Assembly: GCA_008932965.1 (NCBI GenBank)
Contig: WBXG01000041.1
Coordinates: 1-14,364 of the forward strand
From: Verrucomicrobiota bacterium
GTDB lineage: Bacteria > Verrucomicrobiota > Verrucomicrobiia > Chthoniobacterales > UBA6821
Length of the DNA stretch: 14,364 bases
Direction: 5' to 3'
Positions 9,787 to 14,364 of the stretch are shown piece by piece; the first letter of the stretch is position 1; each line of letters begins with the position of its first letter. The notes under the pieces were generated by a model. The model did not search any database, was not told the DNA's origin, and worked only from the letters and a program-made list of their open reading frames with translations. Both the position numbers and the translations under genes were made by a program.

Positions 9787-10299
9787 TTATGAAGTAGCTA
9801 ATGCAGAGGTTGTCTCCATAGAAAGGCGCTGTTGATCTTCAGGAGAGATGATTTTACCTACTACTTGAGATGTTGTCTGTACCACAAGATGTAACATCTC
9901 TTTTTTTACATCATCGATCATATGTTGACGATCGAGCATGGTGACTTCATGAGCTCGTGCAATAATACTTTCTGCATCTTTAATTGCTCGTTGTGTCTCC
10001 TTGGTCATCAATGCTTCTGCGGAGACCCGAGCTTCATCGATCATTTTTTTTGCATCTAAATTCGCTTTGCGAAGAATTTCTTCATAGCGTAATTCTGCTT
10101 CAGCCAGTTGTTTTTTGATTTTCTCTGCATTGAGCTGTGCCTCTTCAATGCGTCGACGACGCTCTTCTAGCATGGTAATGACCGAGGCAAAGGCAAAACG
10201 ACGAAGGATTAAATAGACAACAAGAAAAAGAATTGTTTGGGCTAAAAATTTAGGCCAATCAATACCGAAATTTTCAAATAGATCAGTGAGTACTTTCAT
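9787..10299 (-). CDS. atpF: Fo ATP synthase subunit b
   Basis: 170 aa. It has a single N-terminal TM helix (FLAQTILFLVVYLILRRF) followed by a long charged helix (EERRRRIEEAQLNAEKIKKQLAEAELRYEE...). Operon position is correct for atpF. Confidence 0.85.
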   Translation of the reverse strand: MKVLTDLFENFGIDWPKFLAQTILFLVVYLILRRFAFASVITMLEERRRRIEEAQLNAEKIKKQLAEAELRYEEILRKANLDAKKMIDEARVSAEALMTKETQRAIKDAESIIARAHEVTMLDRQHMIDDVKKEMLHLVVQTTSQVVGKIISPEDQQRLSMETTSALATS

Positions 10300-10322
10300 T
10301 CAAAAAGGAAGTTCAGGAGTTC

Positions 10323-10479
10323 AAAAGTTTAGTAGTTTAGGGGAGAATTAATTTGGAAAAACGGATTCTTATTAGCTTGAAAAAGTTTTTTAAAATCATT
10401 CATGTCATCAATGATGCTGAAGTTGATTTTTAGAGAAAAAAGTTTTCTCACCCCTAAACATCTAAAAATCTAAACTTTT
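10323..10479 (-). repeat. Imperfect palindrome filling the atpE-atpF spacer (about 23 bp of pairing around a 97-nt interior)
   Basis: AAAAGTTTAG (10323-10332) is the perfect reverse complement of CTAAACTTTT (10470-10479). GTTTAGGGGAGAA (10335-10347) pairs with TTCTCACCCCTAAAC (10445-10459) with a 2-nt bulge. The outer arm abuts the atpE stop codon (10480-10482). Confidence 0.6.
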
Positions 10480-10707
10480 TTATTGGCCAGCGAAGGCACG
10501 AATGAGCGCATAAATCGCGATCGATTCAGCAAGAGCCATCCCGATAATCGCTAGCGTGAGCACGCGACCAAAGGAACCTGGGTTGCGACCAATGGCCTCA
10601 ACGGCTTTAGCACCAATAAAACCGATGCTTAATGCAGCACCTGTTCCGGCTACACCAAGGGTGAAACTACCAGTAATGCCTTCAGCTAATAATGTTGGAA
10701 TAGTCAT
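10480..10707 (-). CDS. atpE: Fo ATP synthase subunit c (75 aa)
   Basis: MTIPTLLAEGITGSFTLGVAGTGAALSIGFIGAKAVEAIGRNPGSFGRVLTLAIIGMALAESIAIYALIRAFAGQ is a two-helix hairpin with an RNP loop and the essential carboxylate (AES). The track ORF extends to 10770, but those extra 21 codons (..GRTHTHNTHISI) come from a CA-repeat tract. I use the ATG at 10707. Confidence 0.9.
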   Translation of the reverse strand: MTIPTLLAEGITGSFTLGVAGTGAALSIGFIGAKAVEAIGRNPGSFGRVLTLAIIGMALAESIAIYALIRAFAGQ

Positions 10708-10713
10708 AATAGA

Positions 10714-10738
10714 TATGTGTGTGTTGTGTGTATGTGTT
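10714..10738 (-). promoter_or_regulatory. CA-repeat tract (TG-rich on the plus strand) immediately upstream of the atpE start
   Basis: The transcript reads ..acgaacacauacacacaacacacacauaucuauu-AUG, with no SD. A short complementary run ACACACAC (plus strand 10878-10885) lies at the other end of the 221-nt atpB-atpE spacer. Confidence 0.5.
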
Positions 10739-10928
10739 CGTCCTTGGTTGCACGGTAAGCACAATCCCAAGAATAAAAATGTTTGTTGATCCTATTTGGA
10801 GTTCACAGGTACTGCAAGCAAGTACGATGGGACTAATGGAAATAAAACTATCGTGTTTATGATGACACTCTAATTTTACACACACCTGACTTTTCGTTCT
10901 TCTTTTAGTTTTGCGACCTTAAAGAATT

Positions 10929-11783
10929 CTAATGGTTCTCTGCTTCCTCCTCATCATGACTCGTAGAGAGATTTAGATAAACAGCGCAGAGAAGAGTAAA
11001 AACGAAGGCTTGAAGCGCTCCAATGAGAAGCTCCAAAAAATAAAATGGGATTGGTAAAATAATGCTGGTGAGTTTTGCAAGCCATAACGGAAAATGGAGT
11101 GTGTGCCCCATGGACATCATGGTGTTGATTAAATTTTCACCAGCAAACACATTTCCAAAGAGCCGTAGAGAGAGAGAAACAGGGCGAATCAGTATGGAAA
11201 TGACTTCAATGATTCCTACGAAAAAAAAGATGGGCATTAGTGAATAAGCCATGATTCCTTTTACTCCTCCTTTAACTCCAAAAATATGTTGAAGAAAAGA
11301 GACGACCCCAACTTCCTGTAATGTCCAGATAAGCCAAAAAATCATGAAGACAATAGCCAGTCCGATGGTTGTGTTCATATCTGCAGTAGTAGGTCGTAAT
11401 AGTGGTAAGAGTTCCCCATTGGCTTCCTTCCAGCCAATAGATCCTACACCGGGAAGTAGACCAAACCAGTTTGCTGCCAGAATATAGAGGAAGAGAGCTG
11501 CTAAAAGACTAAAGGCTTTAGGAATCATATGTTTTCCCACAATTCCTTCAAAAAAGTCATATAAACTAGAAATGATAAACTCAAAAAAGTTTTGCATTCC
11601 AACAGGGATCAATTGCATGCGACGTGTCGATCGCTGTGCCCAGTAAACAATGGCAATAACTAACAAGGCCGATACGAGAATGGAATTAGTGAGCCAAGAT
11701 TGGGTTGTCCATTCTTTAACTGCCTTAGCAAAAATTGGCTCCGCTTCAATAGGAACAATAGATGCGAGAGGTAATAAATACAT
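10929..11783 (-). CDS. atpB: Fo ATP synthase subunit a
   Basis: 284 aa and polytopic. It carries the conserved LSLRLFGNVFAGE motif with the essential Arg and is the first gene of the operon. Confidence 0.95.
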   Translation of the reverse strand: MYLLPLASIVPIEAEPIFAKAVKEWTTQSWLTNSILVSALLVIAIVYWAQRSTRRMQLIPVGMQNFFEFIISSLYDFFEGIVGKHMIPKAFSLLAALFLYILAANWFGLLPGVGSIGWKEANGELLPLLRPTTADMNTTIGLAIVFMIFWLIWTLQEVGVVSFLQHIFGVKGGVKGIMAYSLMPIFFFVGIIEVISILIRPVSLSLRLFGNVFAGENLINTMMSMGHTLHFPLWLAKLTSIILPIPFYFLELLIGALQAFVFTLLCAVYLNLSTSHDEEEAENH

Positions 11784-11847
11784 GTGAGAATTCTAGGTCC
11801 GAAATATATTCGTGTAGGCTCAAAACTGAGAAAGTTAAAGGGTGATA

Positions 11848-11876
11848 CTTATACTTGGAATCATATCTTAATGCAA
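11848..11876 (-). promoter_or_regulatory. Candidate sigma70-like promoter for the atp operon
   Basis: The minus strand reads TTGCAT, then 17 nt, then TATAAG, about 65 nt upstream of the atpB ATG. This is a by-eye match only. The -35 is weak, and the organism may not use canonical sigma70 consensus. Confidence 0.25.
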
Positions 11877-11920
11877 GATCCATTTTTAATAAAATAAGCA
11901 GCCTCAATATCTGATGCTTG

Positions 11921-11949
11921 TTGATAAAACGAGATGCTGTCGCTACAAA
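11921..11949 (+). promoter_or_regulatory. Candidate sigma70-like promoter for ribD
   Basis: TTGATA (11921-11926), then 17 nt, then TACAAA (11944-11949), about 55 nt upstream of the ribD ATG. An alternative (TTGATC, 16 nt, TATTTA) lies about 40 nt further downstream. By-eye match only. Confidence 0.25.
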
Positions 11950-12002
11950 AGATAATAGTCGATTTGATCGTCAAATGATTATGAATATTTATTTACTGAA
12001 GC

Positions 12003-13388
12003 ATGCAATCATTAGCTCCACAGGAACTTCAAATAAGACCTAAACTAACCACAAGTGAAATAGATGCTCTTTTGATGCAAGTGGCCCTCAAAGAAGCAAA
12101 AAAAGGAGAGGGTAAAACAGCTCCAAATCCCCTAGTTGGAGCAGTTATTGCTCGAGATGGAGAAATGCTCTCCTCGGGCTATCATGCCAAAGCAGGCTCC
12201 CTTCATGCCGAGATAGAAGCCCTACGGCATTTGAAATGCATTTCAGATGCTTGCGGAGCAACCCTCTATGTGACCCTCGAACCATGTTCAACTTTTGGGA
12301 AGACTTCTCCTTGCACTAAGGCAATCATCGATGCAGGGGTGAAACGCGTCGTCTATGGAGCCACCGATCCTAACCCACTTCATCAAGGAGAGGCTGAGAA
12401 AATTCTGAGTGCAGCAGGTATTGAGGTTGTGACGGGTGTTTTGACTAAAGAATGCCAAGAGCTTAACAAACATTGGAATCACCGCATGCAAACAGGATTG
12501 CCGTGGGTGATTGCTAAATATGGAATGTCACTGGATGGCCGTATTTCTTCGTTTCCAGGTCGTCGTTGGATCACCTCTGAAAAAAGCCGTCGTGATGCGA
12601 TGCGCCTGCGTGCCCAAGTCGAAGCGATTCTGGTTGGTGGTGGAACGATTCGAGATGATGATCCCTCACTCACACTACGCGGTCTTTCAAAAAAAGAGAG
12701 GCCCTTCTCTCAACCTTGGAGGATTGTTTGGAGTCGCTCTGGAGATATACCTCGCAGCGCCCAAGTTTTAACGGATAAGGAGTGTTCAAAAACAATAGTA
12801 TTAACAGAGAGGTCCTTGCGTAGAGCCCTTCAAGATCTTGCAGAACGTGGAATCAGCTCGGTCTTAATCGAGGGAGGGGGACGCACCTTAGGGGAAGCAT
12901 TTGATAAGCATCTCGTCGATGAAGTTCGTTTCTATGTTGCTCCCATCATGATTGGAGGGCCGGTCTTGGCTGTCGGTGGAATCGGTTACCAAAAGGGAAG
13001 AAGGCTAACCCAGGTATTTCATAATGATCATTTGCGGAGATCGGCAAGCCAGATGGATACTGTGCCCAAGTTCGAAGTCTTATTCGGGCAGTGTGTACAC
13101 ACAGAGCCCTTGTCAAAATACGTGTCTGCGTTGACTCGCTCACTCCCGCTCGTTTCGCCTTTTCAGAGCTGCCTAAAGGAAGTGGAAGTGCAAGTGGAAG
13201 TGGAAATGGAAGTCTCCCCTGAGGAGCCCCGACTACCGGTGGTGCCCCATCAGCCTTCGCGGTCTCCTCGTCACAATCAGTATGAAATATCCGGGCTAAC
13301 ATCTGTTTCCTACAGGATGCTCGGAGAGGATCTTGTGATCTCTGGATTAGTAAAAAAATTTCCTAATAATTCCCTGCCCGAAAAATAA
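12003..13388 (+). CDS. ribD: Bifunctional riboflavin biosynthesis deaminase/reductase RibD, carrying an in-frame insertion of about 97 codons near the C-terminus
   Basis: The deaminase zinc motifs HAEIEAL and TLEPCSTFGKTSPC are present. Reductase-domain blocks are present: PWVIAKYGMSLDGRI, WITSEKSRRDAMRLRAQVEAILVGGGTIRDDDPSLT, VLIEGGGRTLGEAF, DEVRFYVAPIMIGG and the terminal YRMLGEDLVISG. At 461 aa it is longer than the roughly 360-370 aa of canonical RibD. The excess maps to 13009-13295. There is also a possible N-terminal extension of about 20 aa relative to E. coli and B. subtilis RibD, and there is no alternative ATG before M25. Confidence 0.9.
   Translation: MQSLAPQELQIRPKLTTSEIDALLMQVALKEAKKGEGKTAPNPLVGAVIARDGEMLSSGYHAKAGSLHAEIEALRHLKCISDACGATLYVTLEPCSTFGKTSPCTKAIIDAGVKRVVYGATDPNPLHQGEAEKILSAAGIEVVTGVLTKECQELNKHWNHRMQTGLPWVIAKYGMSLDGRISSFPGRRWITSEKSRRDAMRLRAQVEAILVGGGTIRDDDPSLTLRGLSKKERPFSQPWRIVWSRSGDIPRSAQVLTDKECSKTIVLTERSLRRALQDLAERGISSVLIEGGGRTLGEAFDKHLVDEVRFYVAPIMIGGPVLAVGGIGYQKGRRLTQVFHNDHLRRSASQMDTVPKFEVLFGQCVHTEPLSKYVSALTRSLPLVSPFQSCLKEVEVQVEVEMEVSPEEPRLPVVPHQPSRSPRHNQYEISGLTSVSYRMLGEDLVISGLVKKFPNNSLPEK
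13009..13295 (+). mobile_element. MITE-like non-autonomous element inserted in-frame in ribD (boundaries uncertain by a few nt)
   Basis: The terminal inverted repeats are 13009-13028 (cccaggtatttcataatgat) and 13276-13295 (atcagtatgaaatatccggg). They are 17/20 complementary, with a perfect 9-bp core (13015-23 and 13281-89). Weaker subterminal complementarity (about 17/24, one gap) continues inward. The direct repeat GGCTAAC occurs at 13003-13009 and 13294-13300, exactly 291 nt (97 codons) apart. There is no stop in the ribD frame. Hand-counted G+C is about 53%, visibly higher than the flanks. Internally there is a 12-bp palindrome GTGTGTACACAC (13091-13102) and a hexamer repeat. Confidence 0.6.
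13178..13213 (+). repeat. Imperfect tandem hexamer repeat (GGAAGT)x6 inside the ribD insertion
   Basis: The sequence is gga agt gga agt gca agt gga agt gga aat gga agt. In the ribD frame it reads EVEVQVEVEMEV. Confidence 0.8.
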
Positions 13389-13389
13389 G

Positions 13390-13429
13390 AAAAAGAGGAA
13401 GCCCAGCTCCTTCTCTTTTTGTGTTTTTT
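13390..13429 (+). terminator. Candidate intrinsic terminator after ribD
   Basis: It lies directly after the TAA. AAAAAGAG (13390-97) is the perfect complement of CTCTTTTT (13413-20). An alternative imperfect stem is GAGGAAG / CTCCTTC. The T-rich run TCTTTTTGTGTTTTTT follows. The stem is weak and A/T-rich. Confidence 0.4.
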
Positions 13430-13494
13430 AAGAGCACTATGAGATAAAGCAACTTGATTAAATCACGATAACCTTAGAACATCTGGACCTTTTC

Positions 13495-14364
13495 ATGCGT
13501 ATTCTTTCTGGCATTCAACCCTCGGGTACTCTGCATCTAGGGAATTACTTCGGGATGATGCGTCCGGCTATTGAGCTTCAGGATCGTGGGGAGGCTTTTT
13601 ATTTCATCGCCGATTATCATGCTTTAACATCGCTTCATGATGCTTCTATATTAAGAAAGAACGTGCATGAGGTTGCCATTGATTTTTTGGCTGCAGGATT
13701 AGACCCCAAGAAAAGTTGTTTTTTTCGACAAAGTGATATCGTCGGCATTACAGAACTTTCGTGGATTTTAACTACCGTTGCACCCATGGGTCTCCTAGAG
13801 CGTTGCCATTCTTACAAAGACAAAGTTGCTAAAGGTCTCTCTGCCTCAGTGGGGCTCTTTTCGTATCCTATTTTAATGGCGGCCGATATTTTAATTTATG
13901 AGAGTGATCTGGTTCCAGTCGGTAAAGACCAGAAGCAACATGTGGAAGTAGCTCGTGATTTAGCGGTGAAGATGAACGAAACCTACGGTCCTCTTTTAAA
14001 GCTTCCGGAGGCAAAAATTCAGGAGGCATCTGCTCTGGTTCCTGGTCTTGATGGAGCTAAAATGAGCAAGAGCTATGGAAATACTATTGAACTTTTTTTA
14101 GATGAATCTGCAATGCGTAAAAAAGTGATGTCGATCAAGACCGATTCTTCTTCCGTTGAGGATCCCAAGTCGATCGAAGATTCGGTCATTTTGGAACTCT
14201 ATGCCCATGTCGCTTCTCCAGCTCATTACGCAGCCATGAAGAATGCTTTTCTTGCAGGAGGAAGCGGTTATGGGTTTTTTAAAAAACAACTTTTTGAAGC
14301 TATTTGGGAATACTTAGCCCCTCTTCGAGCAAGGCGTGAAGAGCTTCTCCGTGACCCTGGCTAT
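13495..14364 (+). CDS. trpS: Tryptophan--tRNA ligase, 3' end beyond the right edge (290 codons in window). Absent from the supplied ORF track.
   Basis: Hand translation from the ATG at 13495 has no stop to the window end. It reads MRILSGIQPSGTLHLGNYFG (HIGH-type motif) ... YPILMAADILIYESDLVPVGKDQKQHVEVARD ... GAKMSKSYGN (KMSKS). This is the class-I TrpRS pattern. Confidence 0.95.
   Translation, partial: MRILSGIQPSGTLHLGNYFGMMRPAIELQDRGEAFYFIADYHALTSLHDASILRKNVHEVAIDFLAAGLDPKKSCFFRQSDIVGITELSWILTTVAPMGLLERCHSYKDKVAKGLSASVGLFSYPILMAADILIYESDLVPVGKDQKQHVEVARDLAVKMNETYGPLLKLPEAKIQEASALVPGLDGAKMSKSYGNTIELFLDESAMRKKVMSIKTDSSSVEDPKSIEDSVILELYAHVASPAHYAAMKNAFLAGGSGYGFFKKQLFEAIWEYLAPLRARREELLRDPGY

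Noticed and set aside
10480-10707. Possible Na+-binding signature in the c subunit (E-S at the carboxylate and Y five residues later, as in Ilyobacter tartaricus ESTGIY)
   Set aside because: The motif is incomplete. By my alignment the helix-1 Gln equivalent is Ile, and the Thr after Ser is Ile. No Na+ specificity can be inferred.
10682-10885. 67-aa minus-strand ORF in the atpB-atpE spacer, and the 21-codon upstream extension of atpE to 10770
   Set aside because: Both read through the CA-repeat tract, giving ..TYTQHTHIYY.. and ..THTHNTH... The 67-aa ORF overlaps the atpE start out of frame. No atp accessory gene is known at this position (atpI precedes atpB). The c subunit has canonical length when started at 10707.
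11784-12002. FMN (RFN) riboswitch expected upstream of ribD
   Set aside because: The 219-nt divergent spacer is A/T-rich and lacks the conserved G/C-rich RFN core segments. I see no riboswitch-like structure. The 106-nt ribD-trpS spacer is likewise too short and featureless for a T-box.
13028-13222. Off-frame peptide ending in the Gly-Ser linker-like GSGSASGSGNGS, which might hint at an engineered sequence. Also a 36-aa Cys-containing ATG ORF from 13024.
   Set aside because: The GS reading frame has no start codon after the stop at 13025-27 and ends in a stop straight after the repeat. The 36-aa ORF has no support beyond being open. Both are by-products of a hexamer repeat and elevated G+C.
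12946-13302. 118-aa antisense ORF across the ribD insertion
   Set aside because: Its composition is low-complexity and Arg/Pro-rich (..LPFPLPLALPLPL..). It is fully antisense to an open sense frame in a locally G+C-rich segment. That is expected shadow-frame behaviour, not evidence of a gene.
13014-13315. Spliceosomal-intron look-alike in ribD: CAG|GTATTT at the 5' side, then GGCTAAC (branch-point-like) plus the pyrimidine tract TCTGTTTCCTACAG at the 3' side
   Set aside because: The context is entirely bacterial operons. GT(13014)..AG(13315) is 302 nt, so splicing there would shift the frame and destroy the conserved YRMLGEDLVISG C-terminus. The CTAAC is better explained as one copy of the flanking direct repeat. 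The element also lacks group II boundaries (GUGYG...AY), and I cannot see a group I core at this size.

Overview
This is a bacterial housekeeping region of roughly 43-45% G+C. I recognise no rRNA, tRNA, CRISPR array, integrase, transposase or defence genes. I call 16 CDS.

Genes, left to right:
- A 3'-partial secreted hypothetical protein on the minus strand. It is missing from the ORF track because it runs off the left edge.
- ubiX, a DUF374 acyltransferase-family gene and folD, which overlap one another.
- ispD, convergent with a GatB/YqeY-domain gene.
- A complete F1Fo ATP synthase operon on the minus strand, in the order atpB-E-F-H-A-G-D-C.
- Divergently, ribD followed by a 5'-partial-window trpS that runs off the right edge.

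Main finding: ribD (461 aa) is about 97 codons longer than canonical RibD because of an in-frame insertion. The insertion has the architecture of a miniature inverted-repeat element: 20-nt terminal inverted repeats (17/20 complementary, 9-bp perfect core), a flanking 7-nt direct repeat GGCTAAC exactly 291 nt apart, and higher G+C than its surroundings. It contains no stop codon in the ribD frame. Removing it restores a 364-aa RibD with a canonical C-terminus. A 21/22-nt copy of one terminus, folded into a perfect 9-bp hairpin, lies in the folD-ispD spacer, so this looks like a repeat family.

Secondary observations:
- The spacers inside the atp operon are unusually long and structured. They include an 88-nt G-free leader before atpD, a CA-repeat leader before atpE, a palindrome filling the atpE-atpF spacer, and 12-nt direct repeats between atpA and atpG.
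- No gene in the window has a Shine-Dalgarno motif.
- The delta subunit is only 128 aa.

Limits: all product calls rest on motif and family recognition by eye. No database search was possible and the taxon cannot be assigned.
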